A program made the position numbers and the translations under genes. Under the pieces are notes generated by a model. It was not told where the DNA came from. It saw only the letters and a program-made list of their open reading frames with translations, and did no database searches. Shown here piece by piece: positions 27,519-38,514 of a stretch of 64,000 nucleotides of DNA. Every line of letters starts with the position of its first letter. Positions within the stretch are counted from its first letter, which is position 1. The DNA lies in assembly GCA_902530455.1 (NCBI GenBank), contig CACAAD010000001.1:11386-75385 (forward strand), read 5' to 3'. The stretch is from an uncultured Pelagibacteraceae bacterium (GTDB lineage Bacteria; Pseudomonadota; Alphaproteobacteria; Pelagibacterales; Pelagibacteraceae).

Positions 27519-28546
27519 TTTAAACCAGAAGTTTCTCTAAAATTATACAAGATATTCATATTTTGAATTGCTTGACCAGCTGCGCCTTTGATTAAATTAT
27601 CTATAGAAGAAAAAATAACAATTTTATTTTTTAGTCTTGTCTGACAAACGGAAATATCACAATTATTTGTCTCTATGACACTGCCAGTACCAATTTGTGT
27701 ATTTGGTTTATAAATTTTTATAAAAAAATCATTCTTATAATAGGCTTTTAAAATATTTACTATTTTGTTTAATGAAATATTACTTTTTTTATACAAATAA
27801 ATTGATGAAAGAATACCTCTAAAACTGGGTATCAAATGAGGATTAAATGTGAATTTTATTTTTTTTGATATTTTTTTAAGTTCCTGATCAATTTCTGCAA
27901 TATGTCTATGATTCTTTACTGCGTAAGCATATGTAGATATATAAAAATTTTTAAAGTTAAATTTTAATTTATAGTTTTTTCCAGCACCAGAATAACCAGA
28001 TTTTGAATCAATTGTTATATTTTTTAATTCAATAATTTTTTCCTTTAATAAAGGCACCAATGGAATTTGAATTGATGTTGGATAACAACCTGGATTTGAA
28101 ATTATCCTATAATTTTTGGTTTTTTTCTTTTTGAGCTCAGCAATTGAATATATTGATTTTTTTATTAAATTTTTAGCTTTATGTTTTTTGTTGTAAATAT
28201 TTTTATATATATTCGCATTTTGTAATCTAAAATCTGCTGATAAGTCTATAAATTTTAAATTTTGATATTTATTATATAGTTTATTAATTAATATTTGTGC
28301 CTCACCATTTGGTAAAGATAAAAAAAGAAGATCAACATTTCTCCAATTAACATTATTAATTTTTGAAATTTTTGGAAGTTTTTTCTTAATTCTTTTATCA
28401 AAACTTGTAATTTTTTTTCCAACGTTTGTTCTAGCACATAAATTAACAATTTTTATATTTGGGTGCTTTGTTAATAAATAAACAAGATCTAATCCTACGT
28501 AACCCGTGGCTCCAGCAACAACAACATTAATATAATTTTTAGTCAT
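27515..28546 (-). CDS. argC: N-acetyl-gamma-glutamyl-phosphate reductase
   Basis: GATGYVG, DLSADFRL, NPGCYPT and DNLIKGAAGQA motifs. Confidence 0.95.
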   Translation of the reverse strand: MTKNYINVVVAGATGYVGLDLVYLLTKHPNIKIVNLCARTNVGKKITSFDKRIKKKLPKISKINNVNWRNVDLLFLSLPNGEAQILINKLYNKYQNLKFIDLSADFRLQNANIYKNIYNKKHKAKNLIKKSIYSIAELKKKKTKNYRIISNPGCYPTSIQIPLVPLLKEKIIELKNITIDSKSGYSGAGKNYKLKFNFKNFYISTYAYAVKNHRHIAEIDQELKKISKKIKFTFNPHLIPSFRGILSSIYLYKKSNISLNKIVNILKAYYKNDFFIKIYKPNTQIGTGSVIETNNCDISVCQTRLKNKIVIFSSIDNLIKGAAGQAIQNMNILYNFRETSGLK

Positions 28547-28589
28547 AAATAACTTATATCACTAAATTAAAATTTTTAAATTTAAATGA

Positions 28590-29030
28590 TTATCTTTTAG
28601 AAAATTGAAAACTTCTACGAGCTTTTCTATGACCGTATTTTTTTCTTTCAACTACTCTGGAGTCTCTAGTTGTTAATTTGTCCTTTTTTAAATCTTTTTT
28701 CAAATTTTCATCATGAGAAATTAAAGCGCGGGATATTCCTAAAATTATTGCACCTGCTTGACCAGACAGTCCCCCGCCTTTTACAGAACATTTAACATCA
28801 TAATTATTTATTACATTAGTAATTTCAAGTGGTCTAGTGACTATAAGTTGATGCACAGGTCTTTTAAAATAATCACCCATTAATTTACCATTAACAAAAA
28901 TTTTTCCTGTGCCTTTTTTGACCCATACTTTAGCTATTGATTTTTTTCTTCTACCAGTTGAGTATTTACTATCTTTAAAGTCAAGTTTTAGTTTTTTGGT
29001 TTTTTCTTTATTTAATTGAGTTTGTTCCAT
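28590..29030 (-). CDS. rpsI: 30S ribosomal protein S9
   Basis: TGRRK, GGGLSGQAGA and ARRSFQFSKR motifs. Confidence 0.97.
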   Translation of the reverse strand: MEQTQLNKEKTKKLKLDFKDSKYSTGRRKKSIAKVWVKKGTGKIFVNGKLMGDYFKRPVHQLIVTRPLEITNVINNYDVKCSVKGGGLSGQAGAIILGISRALISHDENLKKDLKKDKLTTRDSRVVERKKYGHRKARRSFQFSKR

Positions 29031-29491
29031 TAATTTTTAACAATATTTTTTTTGTTGAGTTTTGTGAAATCAATTAATTTTGGATTTTGATTTTGATGTG
29101 GGTGAGTTAAACCTTTGTAAATTTTTAATTTTGTCATCTGTTTTTTTGCTAGCGGTCCACCTGGAAGCATCCTTTTAACTGCAAGTTTCAATATATCTTG
29201 TGTCTTATTTTTTTCAGACAGGGTTGATGGTGTTGATATTTTTATTCCTCCTGGATGGCCTGTATGTCTGTAATATTTTTTGTTTGTAAATTTTTTTCCA
29301 GTAAATTTAATTTTATCAATATTAGTAACAACCACAAAATCCCCATTATCGATATGAGGGTTGTAGGTAGATTTATTTTTTCCTCTTAACACTTTAGAGA
29401 TAAATGCAGCAAGTCTTCCAACAGCAGCATTTTCAGCATTAATAAGATACCAATCTTGTTTAATTTCTTTTTTTTTTATAAACGGAGTCAT
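29030..29491 (-). CDS. rplM: 50S ribosomal protein L13
   Basis: GRLAA, LRGKNK, HTGHPGGIK and AVKRMLP motifs. Confidence 0.97.
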   Translation of the reverse strand: MTPFIKKKEIKQDWYLINAENAAVGRLAAFISKVLRGKNKSTYNPHIDNGDFVVVTNIDKIKFTGKKFTNKKYYRHTGHPGGIKISTPSTLSEKNKTQDILKLAVKRMLPGGPLAKKQMTKLKIYKGLTHPHQNQNPKLIDFTKLNKKNIVKN

Positions 29492-29536
29492 TTTAAACGC
29501 GATAACTACTAATAAAAAAACAAAAAGTCAATTTGT

Positions 29537-30553
29537 TTATGATAATTTATAATTAAGGTCTAGAACGGTATATACTAAGATTACACTAGTAATTTGATGT
29601 AGTGATGCAAGATAAAGATTTAACCCACTTATAAGTGTAAAAATACCTAAAAAAACCTGAATAATTAAAACAACAAATACAGCAATATAGTTGAATAAAA
29701 AAAATTTTTCTTTTTTAAAATATAATTTAAAACCAATAAACAATGCTAATAATAAAATTAAATAAGCAGTTGTTCTATGTAAAAACTGTACAAAACTTTG
29801 ATTGTTAAGCAAATTTATTAAATTAAAATCAATTAATTTTAAGTCATCTGGAAAGTATGAAAGATTCATTTTTGGCCAAGTTTGATAAATTAAACCAGCA
29901 TCCAAACCTGATACAAATGCTCCAAATATAATTTGAAATAAAATAAACATAAAAAAAATTTTCGGTAACATTGGTTTTAAATTAAAAAATATTTTTTTTT
30001 GATTATTTTTATAATTAAGGTAATTCCATATTAAAAATGATATAATAACAAATGCTAAAAAAAGATGTAAAGATAGTCTATAGTGGCTAACAGATACATT
30101 TGAAGTCAATCCACTTTCAACCATATACCAACCTATAACGCCCTGTAGCAAAATTAAAAAAAATATAAAGTAAAAAGTTAATAATGTTTTTTTATTAAAT
30201 ACTCTAGCGAATGTAAAAATTATTAATGGAATTAGGTAAACTAAACCAATAACTCTACCAAATAATCTATGAAAATATTCCCAATAAAAAATGACTTTGA
30301 ATTCTTCCAGAGTCATTAAAGGATTAATAAGTTTAAATTGAGGAATTTCTTTATATAAATTAAAATAAATTATCCAAGTTTCCTCTGTAAATGGAGGTAA
30401 AATACCTTTAAACAATTCCCATTCTGTAATTGATAAGCCAGAGTCAGTAAGTCTAGTTAATCCCCCAACCATAATCATCAAAAAAACTAATATTATCATT
30501 AATAAAAGCCAGGTGCGGATAATTAAATTATAATTAATTTTAGAAATTTGCAT
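29537..30553 (-). CDS. ctaA: Heme A synthase (COX15/CtaA)
   Basis: GGLTRLTDSGLSITEW, WEYFHR and GWYMVESGL motifs. Confidence 0.93.
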   Translation of the reverse strand: MQISKINYNLIIRTWLLLMIILVFLMIMVGGLTRLTDSGLSITEWELFKGILPPFTEETWIIYFNLYKEIPQFKLINPLMTLEEFKVIFYWEYFHRLFGRVIGLVYLIPLIIFTFARVFNKKTLLTFYFIFFLILLQGVIGWYMVESGLTSNVSVSHYRLSLHLFLAFVIISFLIWNYLNYKNNQKKIFFNLKPMLPKIFFMFILFQIIFGAFVSGLDAGLIYQTWPKMNLSYFPDDLKLIDFNLINLLNNQSFVQFLHRTTAYLILLLALFIGFKLYFKKEKFFLFNYIAVFVVLIIQVFLGIFTLISGLNLYLASLHQITSVILVYTVLDLNYKLS

Positions 30554-30604
30554 TATATAAATATATAATTATTATTTGAAATCTCATATAATATTTATGT
30601 CGCT

Positions 30605-30883
30605 ATGATAAATAAAAAATTGGAAAAAATTAGAAAAAAACTTGATAATCTTGATAATCATTTTCTGTCATTAATAAAAAAAAGAACATTATTAGTAAAT
30701 CAGGTTTTGTTAACTAAAAAATTTAAAAATCAAATAATTGATAAAAAAAGGATAAAAAAAATACTTTTAAATATTGAGTCAAAATCTAAAAAAAGAAATA
30801 TAGACGTCAAAATTACGAGGTATATATGGAAAGCAATGATAAGGGCTTACATTAAGTATGAGTTTAGAAACTTTAAGAAATAA
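30605..30883 (+). CDS. Chorismate mutase (AroQ type II)
   Basis: LEKIRKKLDNLD...LIKKR...IIDKKR pattern. Confidence 0.8.
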   Translation: MINKKLEKIRKKLDNLDNHFLSLIKKRTLLVNQVLLTKKFKNQIIDKKRIKKILLNIESKSKKRNIDVKITRYIWKAMIRAYIKYEFRNFKK

Positions 30884-30885
30884 AG

Positions 30886-31077
30886 TTATTTACTATGTGG
30901 TGGTAATTTTTTTTCAACAAAAAATTCGTGTTTTCTTGTATTTGGATTATATTTTTTAATTTTTAATTTAACTTTTGCTTTTTCACCTTTAGTTGGTTTT
31001 TTTGCATAATATACAAAAGCGCTGTCGGGTTTGCTTTCTGGTACCATTCTAACTTTTAAATGAGTTTTTTTAGCCAT
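30886..31077 (-). CDS. rpmG: 50S ribosomal protein L33
   Basis: KLKIKKYNP..RKH.FFVEKK motif. Confidence 0.9.
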   Translation of the reverse strand: MAKKTHLKVRMVPESKPDSAFVYYAKKPTKGEKAKVKLKIKKYNPNTRKHEFFVEKKLPPHSK

Positions 31078-31438
31078 GATTTTTAAGTCCTTTAATCTTT
31101 TTTAAAATATTATTGGATTTATTCTTAATACTATTTTTTAAATAATCTTTTTCTATAATATTTTCATCTGTAACGTCAATATTTTTTTTCTTTTTCAAAA
31201 TATTTTTGGCTCCTTTTATCGTCAATCCCCTATCTTTTAATAAGTATTTAATATATTTAATTTTGTCTACTTGTTTTTGATTATAATAGCGTCTATTTCC
31301 TTTAAAAATTGTAGGTTTTATTTCATTAAATTCTTTTTCCCAAAATCTTAAGGTATGATTTGCAGGTTTTCCTGTTTTTTTATTAACTAAATTTAACTCA
31401 ATTGAAAGCTCTGATATATCTAAATAATCTTTCACCAT
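31070..31438 (-). CDS. MerR family transcriptional regulator
   Basis: HTLRFWEKEF...RRYY...GLTIKGA; conserved position after ihfA. Confidence 0.9.
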   Translation of the reverse strand: MVKDYLDISELSIELNLVNKKTGKPANHTLRFWEKEFNEIKPTIFKGNRRYYNQKQVDKIKYIKYLLKDRGLTIKGAKNILKKKKNIDVTDENIIEKDYLKNSIKNKSNNILKKIKGLKNHG

Positions 31439-31445
31439 AAGAATT

Positions 31446-31742
31446 TTAATTCAATTTTTTTTTCAATGATTCTGAGGCTTTAAATCTTACTGCATTTCTT
31501 GAATTTATTTTAAATTCTTCTTTGGTTTTAGGGTTTCTTCCATCTCTTTGTTTTTTAAAGATAATTTTAAAGGATCCTAGATTTTTTAAAATAATTTTTC
31601 TATGTTTAATGAGATTAGATGTTAATATGATAATAATATCATCTGTAATTTTTTTAATATTCTGTGAAGAAAATCCAATTTCTGATCTGAGTTTGCTAGT
31701 AATTTCTTTTTTTCCTAAATTTTGTTTAATTTTTATTATCAT
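31446..31742 (-). CDS. ihfA: Integration host factor alpha subunit / HU family protein
   Basis: LGSF...GRNPKTKEE...VRFKAS; plsX-ihfA-merR synteny. Confidence 0.8.
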   Translation of the reverse strand: MIIKIKQNLGKKEITSKLRSEIGFSSQNIKKITDDIIIILTSNLIKHRKIILKNLGSFKIIFKKQRDGRNPKTKEEFKINSRNAVRFKASESLKKKLN

Positions 31743-32766
31743 TAAGATGGCTTAAATTATCTTTTATTTGACTCATTAAATTACCTTTTACAATATTATA
31801 GCATAGATCAATAGAGTGGTAAAATCCAAACGAGTCAGTAGAACCATGACTTTTTACAACAGGCCCATTCAAACCTAAAAAAATTGCACCATTAAACTTT
31901 CTTGGATCTAATTTTTCTTTGAATTTTTTAAGACTAAAATATGAAAATAATATTGAAAATTTTGATAATAAATTTTCTTTTAATGAAATTTTTAGATTGT
32001 CTGTTATAAATTTTGCTGTTCCTTCCGCAGTCTTTAATGCTATGTTACCTGTAAAACCGTCTGTAATTATTACATTGCTCAAACCCTCTGTTATCTTATT
32101 TCCTTCAATATACCCATTAAAAATAAAGTCACCGTTTTTACTAATCTCTTTTAATGCTGAGTATGCTTTTTTTATTGTTTCTGTTCCTTTAATTTCTTCA
32201 GAACCAACATTGAGTAGAGCTACTTGAGTTTTTTCTTCTGGAAAAAGCGACTTGTGTAAAGCGGATCCCATTTCTGAAAATTCAATTAAATTTTTTTCAT
32301 CACATTCAATATTAGCTCCAAGATCCAAAACAATATTCATGCCTCTCATATTTGGCCATAACCCTGCAAGAGCAGGCTTACTTACTCCATTGATTGTTTT
32401 TAATATCATTCTGGATATAACTAATAATACACCTGTGTTTCCAGCAGATAAAGAAATGTCGCTTTCTGATTTAACTTGAGAATAAACACAGTTCCACATA
32501 CTGCTATTTTTTGAGGTTTTGACTGCTGTTAATGTAGTCTCATCATCTGAGACTGTTGAAGACGTATGAAAAATTTTAAAATGTTTATTTGAAATATTAT
32601 GTTTTTTTAGCTCTATATTAATCTTATTTTCATCACCAAAGATATTAAAAAAATAGTCATCTTTTTTTATGTATTTTTTGCAAAATAAACTAATACCTTC
32701 AATGTTTTTAATAGGAGCGTTTTCACCTCCCATTGCATCAATTGCAATACAAATTTTTTTATCCAT
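31726..32766 (-). CDS. plsX: Phosphate acyltransferase PlsX
   Basis: IDAMGG, SAGNTG, LDLGAN, DGFTGNIALK and VKSHGS motifs. Confidence 0.95.
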   Translation of the reverse strand: MDKKICIAIDAMGGENAPIKNIEGISLFCKKYIKKDDYFFNIFGDENKINIELKKHNISNKHFKIFHTSSTVSDDETTLTAVKTSKNSSMWNCVYSQVKSESDISLSAGNTGVLLVISRMILKTINGVSKPALAGLWPNMRGMNIVLDLGANIECDEKNLIEFSEMGSALHKSLFPEEKTQVALLNVGSEEIKGTETIKKAYSALKEISKNGDFIFNGYIEGNKITEGLSNVIITDGFTGNIALKTAEGTAKFITDNLKISLKENLLSKFSILFSYFSLKKFKEKLDPRKFNGAIFLGLNGPVVKSHGSTDSFGFYHSIDLCYNIVKGNLMSQIKDNLSHLNDNKN

Positions 32767-32774
32767 ACTATAAA

Positions 32775-32948
32775 TTATATGTCTAAAATTTTTTTTCCGT
32801 TATAAAAACCAGTTTTAAGATCAATATGATGGGAATTTCTGTACTCACCTGTTTTTTTGTCTTCAACAATATTAACGTTTGAAATCTTGTGATGAGATCT
32901 TCTTTTGTTTCTTTTAGAAACTGTTGTTTTTCGTTTAGGTACAGCCAT
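32775..32948 (-). CDS. rpmF: 50S ribosomal protein L32 (not in ORF track)
   Basis: Manual translation MAVPKRKTTVSKRNKRRSHHKISNVNIVEDKKTGEYRNSHHIDLKTGFYNGKKILDI*. Confidence 0.95.
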   Translation of the reverse strand: MAVPKRKTTVSKRNKRRSHHKISNVNIVEDKKTGEYRNSHHIDLKTGFYNGKKILDI

Positions 32949-32950
32949 AA

Positions 32951-33454
32951 TTAGTATTCAAATTTATCAAGATCTTTTATCATATTTTTATCAATAATAT
33001 CAAAACAAAAATTATAATATTTTACAAAATAATTGTTAAGTTTTGCTGATATTTCATCATTTTTATTAAGTAAAAATAAAAATTTAGTAATTTCATTTAT
33101 ATTAACTTTGTTTTGTTTTTTTTGGTCTAAAAATTTTAGAAGAAGATCGTGGAAAATTTGGTTTAGATTTTTCATTTTTTTATTAACTGTTACATCGCCA
33201 TGTCCCATTTCTCTTAAATTATTTTCGATATTCAGAAATATATTATCATAAATTTCTTGAGATAGATTTTTGTTAACTTTATTCTTTTTTAAACAAATAA
33301 GGATTATAACTAAGTGTGCAAAAATAAGAATAATTCTATTTTCTAGTTTATCCTCAAGTTGAATATCTTTGTAAAAGTAAATATTTCGTGATAATTTTAC
33401 CAAATTATTGTAAATAAAGTTATGTTTTTTATATTTAAAATCAAACATTTTCAA
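32951..33454 (-). CDS. Ubiquinol-cytochrome c chaperone (Cbp3-like)
   Basis: LREMGHGDVTVNKKMK motif; divergent from bamE as in other alphaproteobacteria. Confidence 0.85.
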   Translation of the reverse strand: MKMFDFKYKKHNFIYNNLVKLSRNIYFYKDIQLEDKLENRIILIFAHLVIILICLKKNKVNKNLSQEIYDNIFLNIENNLREMGHGDVTVNKKMKNLNQIFHDLLLKFLDQKKQNKVNINEITKFLFLLNKNDEISAKLNNYFVKYYNFCFDIIDKNMIKDLDKFEY

Positions 33455-33898
33455 AAATTTATTTGTATTACTACAATATTTATATTATCTCATTGTCAAT
33501 TTAAAGAGCCAATAAAAGGTCACGGTATAAACTTTCTAAAAAATAGATCCGAGAAAATACTCATAAATAAAAGCAATAAAAACGATGTGATAAATGTGCT
33601 TGGGAATCCTCATACAACATCCGTAGATGATGAAAATTTATGGTTTTATTTTGATAGAAAAATTGCCTCTGGAAAATTAATAAAATTTGGAGATGTTGAT
33701 TTGCTAGAAAATAATGTTTTAGTGTTAAATTTTAATAGATATGGAGTTGTTGTAAATAAAGAATTTTTTGATAAGCAAGATATGAAAGAAATTAAGTATT
33801 CAGAAATGAAAACTGAAAATCCTGTAACTAAAGATAGCTTTGTAACGTCTTTTTTGCAAAGTGTCAGACAAAAAATGTATGGGAAAAGAAAATTCTAG
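33422..33898 (+). CDS. bamE: Outer membrane assembly lipoprotein BamE
   Basis: Lipobox LSHC; [11 protein letters not shown] and WFYF motifs. Confidence 0.8.
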   Translation: MFFIFKIKHFQKFICITTIFILSHCQFKEPIKGHGINFLKNRSEKILINKSNKNDVINVLGNPHTTSVDDENLWFYFDRKIASGKLIKFGDVDLLENNVLVLNFNRYGVVVNKEFFDKQDMKEIKYSEMKTENPVTKDSFVTSFLQSVRQKMYGKRKF

Positions 33899-35997
33899 TG
33901 AGCTATTATAGATAATAGTAATAGTGCTACTATATTCGTAATCTTAATCATCGGGTTAACTGCTGGTCCAGCAGTATCTTTATATGGGTCTCCCACCGTG
34001 TCGCCTGTTACTGCAGCTTTATGAGCTTCTGATCCTTTGCCACCAAAATTTCCATCTTCAATATATTTTTTGGCGTTGTCCCATGCTCCACCACCAGCTG
34101 TCATTGAAATTGCTACAAACAAACCTGTTACTATAACTCCTAGTAACATTGCACCTAGCGCTGCTAAGGCTGCAATTTTTCCTGCTATAAATAAAATTAT
34201 GATGTAAAGAACAATAGGAGATAAAACTGGAAGTAGAGATGGAATAATCATTTCTTTGATTGCTGCTTTAGTAAGTAAATCTACTAGTCTTCCATAATCT
34301 GGTTTTCTTTTTCCTCTCATGATTCCAGGTATTTTTTTAAATTGTCTTCTTACCTCTATAACCACCGCTCCTCCAGCTCTTCCAACAGCTTGCATCCCCA
34401 TTGATCCAAATAGATATGGTAATAAACCACCTATCAACAAACCAATAACTACATAAGGATTGGATAAATCAAAACTGACTTCCATTTGATATAATGAAGA
34501 AGTTTTGTCCATTGAGTAATATTTTATATCTTCAGTATATGCTGCAAATAAAACTAAAGCACCTAAGCCTGCAGAACCTATAGCATATCCTTTGGTTACG
34601 GCTTTTGTTGTATTCCCTACGGCATCTAATGCATCAGTTGTTTTTCTCACATTTTTAGGAAGTTTAGACATTTCGGCAATTCCACCAGCATTGTCTGTAA
34701 CCGGCCCGTATGCATCAAGAGCAACGACCATTCCAGTTAAAGCTAGCATTGACGTTACTGCAATTGCTATACCAAACAAACCTGCAAAATTATAAGTACT
34801 GATAATTCCAATGACAATTATAAGGGCAGGAATAGCCGTAGCCTCCATAGAAATTGCTAGACCTTGTATCACATTAGTCCCGTGACCAGTTGTAGAAGAT
34901 TGAGCAACGCTTTTAACAGGTCTAAAGTTAGTACCTGTATAATATTCTGTAATCCATATTATTAAACCAGTAATTATCAATCCAATTACTGCGCACACGT
35001 ATAAATCAAAGCCAGTAAAATTTATATTTGAGTAGGAATAATTCTCATTCAAACCAAGAGTGGCATTTGTTAAAGGGTATAAGATTATTAATGAAAGAAT
35101 AGCAGTAGCTATAAAACCTTTGTATAAAGCTCCCATTATATTTTTACTTTTGCCTAATCTTACAAACCAAGTTCCTATAATCGATGTAATAATACATGAT
35201 CCACCTATTGCTAACGGATAAACCATCATGTTAGATGAATCAGGGAAAAATATGGAAGCTAAAACCATTGTTGCAACTATTGTCACTGCATAAGTTTCGA
35301 ATAAATCTGCTGCCATACCAGCACAATCACCTACATTATCACCAACGTTATCAGCAATTACAGCAGGGTTACGCGGATCATCTTCTGGAATACCAGCCTC
35401 AACTTTACCAACTAAATCTGCTCCAACATCTGCTCCCTTTGTAAAAATTCCTCCACCTAATCTTGCAAAAATTGAAATTAAAGAAGCACCAAATCCTAAG
35501 GCAACTAAAGCATTAATAATGTCTCTGCTCTCTGTGTTAAGATTAATTAAAATAAGATAGTAAATTGCAATCGATAAAAGAGCTAAACCCGCTACCAGTA
35601 AACCAGTTATAGCTCCTGATTTAAAAGCAATACTTAAACCTGATTGTAAACTTTTTCTAGATGCTTCTGCTGTTCTAACGTTTGCCTGTACTGAGATTAA
35701 CATCCCAACATAACCTGCTAATCCTGATAAAGCTGCACCAACTAGATAACCAACCCCGACTAAAAAATTAAAAAAATAAGTTACTATAATCAAAACTATT
35801 AATCCTACAATTGCTATTGTTTTGTATTGTCTATTTAAATAAGCTTTAGCACCAATCTGTATAGCTCCTGCAATTTCTCTCATTTTTTCATTACCAGCAC
35901 TGGAGGATAAAATTTGACCTGATAAGAGATAGCTATAGCCAACTGCTAATATTCCTGAAAATATTATCAAATAGAGAAGTTCAAGAGAAGAATTCAT
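33895..35997 (-). CDS. hppA: Membrane-bound ion-translocating pyrophosphatase (K+-independent H+-PPase type)
   Basis: [26 protein letters not shown] (Lys variant) and [10 protein letters not shown] motifs. Confidence 0.95.
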   Translation of the reverse strand: MNSSLELLYLIIFSGILAVGYSYLLSGQILSSSAGNEKMREIAGAIQIGAKAYLNRQYKTIAIVGLIVLIIVTYFFNFLVGVGYLVGAALSGLAGYVGMLISVQANVRTAEASRKSLQSGLSIAFKSGAITGLLVAGLALLSIAIYYLILINLNTESRDIINALVALGFGASLISIFARLGGGIFTKGADVGADLVGKVEAGIPEDDPRNPAVIADNVGDNVGDCAGMAADLFETYAVTIVATMVLASIFFPDSSNMMVYPLAIGGSCIITSIIGTWFVRLGKSKNIMGALYKGFIATAILSLIILYPLTNATLGLNENYSYSNINFTGFDLYVCAVIGLIITGLIIWITEYYTGTNFRPVKSVAQSSTTGHGTNVIQGLAISMEATAIPALIIVIGIISTYNFAGLFGIAIAVTSMLALTGMVVALDAYGPVTDNAGGIAEMSKLPKNVRKTTDALDAVGNTTKAVTKGYAIGSAGLGALVLFAAYTEDIKYYSMDKTSSLYQMEVSFDLSNPYVVIGLLIGGLLPYLFGSMGMQAVGRAGGAVVIEVRRQFKKIPGIMRGKRKPDYGRLVDLLTKAAIKEMIIPSLLPVLSPIVLYIIILFIAGKIAALAALGAMLLGVIVTGLFVAISMTAGGGAWDNAKKYIEDGNFGGKGSEAHKAAVTGDTVGDPYKDTAGPAVNPMIKITNIVALLLLSIIAH

Positions 35998-36078
35998 ATA
36001 ATTTAACGATAAATGCCAAAATATAATAAAAAACGCAAGCTAAACTTTTAATAATTATCCAGCTTATTGTACAAAAAA

Positions 36079-36474
36079 TTAATTTTTTCTAATTAAATCT
36101 GATAATTTGTCTAAAATAGCATTCAAATATTTAATTTGAGCTTTTTCTAAAAAAAAATGAGAAGTTTTTAGGTATTCACTAATTATCACTTTTTTTGGAT
36201 TATTATGCTTGTATAATAACTCAAAAACTGCTGCAAATATTATAATTTTAAGTAATTTATCTGTTCTTTTAAGATCAATATCGTCCTTTAAAAATTTTAC
36301 TACAGTTTCCTCTATGAGCTCTCTTCTCTCTAGAGTTCCTTCAGTTACATCTTTGATAAATTTTTTGTACTGGCTTTTGTTATATATAATTTTTTCTTCT
36401 GGATTTAAAACTTTAGCATAAAGTTTTTGAATAATTTTTACTCTTGGTGTTGAATTTTTAGCTACATTAACCAT
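36079..36474 (-). CDS. nusB: Transcription antitermination factor NusB
   Basis: AVFEL...KVIISEY...YLNAILD; follows ribH. Confidence 0.85.
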   Translation of the reverse strand: MVNVAKNSTPRVKIIQKLYAKVLNPEEKIIYNKSQYKKFIKDVTEGTLERRELIEETVVKFLKDDIDLKRTDKLLKIIIFAAVFELLYKHNNPKKVIISEYLKTSHFFLEKAQIKYLNAILDKLSDLIRKN

Positions 36475-36862
36475 TTTTAATCACTTCTAAAACTGCGTTA
36501 GCAGCCTCTTGTCCTTTTAAATTTGATCTCTTCTTTGCTTGACTCATATTTAATGCTGTTATTATACCGTTACCTATAGGTTTTTTTGATTGAGTGGATA
36601 AATTTAATAAAGAATTAAAGGTAGAATTACATATAAAATCAAAATGCGGAGTCTGTCCTTTTATAACACATCCTAAAACTATAAAAGCATCAAACCTCCT
36701 TAAATTTTTTGATATAACAACTGGGATTTCAAAAGTTCCTGGAACCTTAATGATGGCAATATTTCTTTCCGATTTGTTTAGTTTTTTTAAGCATCCTGCT
36801 ATTAAATTCTTTGTAATATCTTTGTAATAATTTGAGGAAACTATTAAAAATTTTTTTTTCAT
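36467..36862 (-). CDS. ribH: 6,7-dimethyl-8-ribityllumazine synthase
   Basis: VPGTFEIP and LGCVIKGQTPHFD motifs. Confidence 0.95.
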   Translation of the reverse strand: MKKKFLIVSSNYYKDITKNLIAGCLKKLNKSERNIAIIKVPGTFEIPVVISKNLRRFDAFIVLGCVIKGQTPHFDFICNSTFNSLLNLSTQSKKPIGNGIITALNMSQAKKRSNLKGQEAANAVLEVIKNG

Positions 36863-37929
36863 TTTATAATTTCTTGTTTTATAATTTTAATACCAAATCC
36901 ATCTAAACCTATAATTTTCTTTTTAGATCTAGATACTAATATCATATTTTTGATATTTAAATCTTTAATTATTTGAGCACCGACTCCGTAATATCTAAGT
37001 ATATTGTTATTTTTTGTTTCCTCAAAAATTTTTTGCTTTAGAGACTTTTTGTCTTTAATTATAACTAATGCAAAATCATTATATTTTGATAAATATATTA
37101 AAGAATTTTCTATTTGCTTATTTTTAATGCTTAATTTATTATTTTTCATTAATTGAGATAGTACACGTACTCGAGTTGATTTATTTTTATTAATCTTTCC
37201 CTTTTTAATAACAAAGCATTCTGACTTATCTACTAAGTTTTCATAAGTCAAAAAATCGAATTTTTGTTTTTTAAATATTATATTTTTATTACTTGTACAT
37301 TTGATTAATTTTTCATTCTTAAGTCTAAAAGAGATTAAATCCTCAATACTAGCAATTTTTAATTTATGTTTTTTTGCAAATATTTTTAAATCTTTTAACC
37401 TGGCCATTCTACCGTCTTGGTTCATTACTTCACAAATAACTGCACTAGGGTTTAATTTAGAAAGTTTTGAAATATCTACAGAAGCCTCTGTGTGACCAGC
37501 TCTCTCTAATACTCCTCCGGATCTAGCTACAAGTGGAAACACATGTCCAGGAGATACTATATCTTTTTTTTTTGATTTTTTGCTTATAGCAACTCTAATT
37601 GTTTTAGCTCTGTCAAATGCTGATATACCAGTCGTAATTCCCTTTTTTGCTTCAATTGAAATCGTAAAAGCTGTTTGCATTCTAGCTTTATTTAAAGATG
37701 ACATTAGTGGAAGGTTTAGTTCCTCCACTTTTTTCTTTGTGAGAGCTAAACAAATCAACCCTCTACCATGGGTTGCCATAAAATTTATATTATTGGAATT
37801 ACATTTAGACCCGGGTATTATTAAATCTCCTTCGTTTTCTCTGTCTTTATCATCTACTAAAATGAACATCTTTCCTTTTTTAGCATCTCTAATAATATCT
37901 TTTATCGGTGATAAGTAATTAATAGTCAT
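36859..37929 (-). CDS. ribB: 3,4-dihydroxy-2-butanone-4-phosphate synthase with degenerate GTP cyclohydrolase II domain
   Basis: DDKDRENEGD, PGHVFPL and RAGHTEA motifs; C-terminal domain keeps RVRV and YGVGAQII but lacks the Zn-binding Cys. Confidence 0.9.
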   Translation of the reverse strand: MTINYLSPIKDIIRDAKKGKMFILVDDKDRENEGDLIIPGSKCNSNNINFMATHGRGLICLALTKKKVEELNLPLMSSLNKARMQTAFTISIEAKKGITTGISAFDRAKTIRVAISKKSKKKDIVSPGHVFPLVARSGGVLERAGHTEASVDISKLSKLNPSAVICEVMNQDGRMARLKDLKIFAKKHKLKIASIEDLISFRLKNEKLIKCTSNKNIIFKKQKFDFLTYENLVDKSECFVIKKGKINKNKSTRVRVLSQLMKNNKLSIKNKQIENSLIYLSKYNDFALVIIKDKKSLKQKIFEETKNNNILRYYGVGAQIIKDLNIKNMILVSRSKKKIIGLDGFGIKIIKQEIIK

Positions 37930-38514
37930 TTAATTATTAATTTGATGAAGGTACTTTCCAAAAATATCGAATTCAATATTAACTAAATTTTTTGGTTTTA
38001 GATTTTTAAGGTTTGTTAATTTTAAAGTATGTGGAATAATATTAATTTCAAAATATTTATTTTTTTTCTTAGAAATAGTTAAAGATACTCCATTTATATG
38101 TATAGAGGCTTTCTCTGTTACATATTTGTTAAATTGTCTTTGAATATTAATTTTTATTATCCAAGTTTTATCTATAATTTTAATATCTAATATTTTTCCA
38201 ACAGTATCTACATGTCCTTGGGTGTAATGACCAGAAATACTATCCCCATATCTTAAAGATTTTTCCATATTTATAAGATTTCCAACTTTAGCTTTAGAAA
38301 AATTTGATCTTTTAATTGTTTCATTGGACAGGTAGAAAGTTAACATTTTATTTTTTTTGGAGGTAAGTGTTAAACATACACCATTACAAGATATGGAATC
38401 ACCTAAAGAGTTTTTTTTCAATTTTAAATTAGATTGAATCGTTAATAACATACTTTTCTTCTTTTTTTTTATATACTTTATTGTACCAGTATTTTTTATA
38501 ATTCCGTTAAACAT
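37930..38514 (-). CDS. ribE: Riboflavin synthase
   Basis: MFNGII, GDSISCNGVCLT and GHYTQGHVD motifs. Confidence 0.95.
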   Translation of the reverse strand: MFNGIIKNTGTIKYIKKKKKSMLLTIQSNLKLKKNSLGDSISCNGVCLTLTSKKNKMLTFYLSNETIKRSNFSKAKVGNLINMEKSLRYGDSISGHYTQGHVDTVGKILDIKIIDKTWIIKINIQRQFNKYVTEKASIHINGVSLTISKKKNKYFEINIIPHTLKLTNLKNLKPKNLVNIEFDIFGKYLHQINN

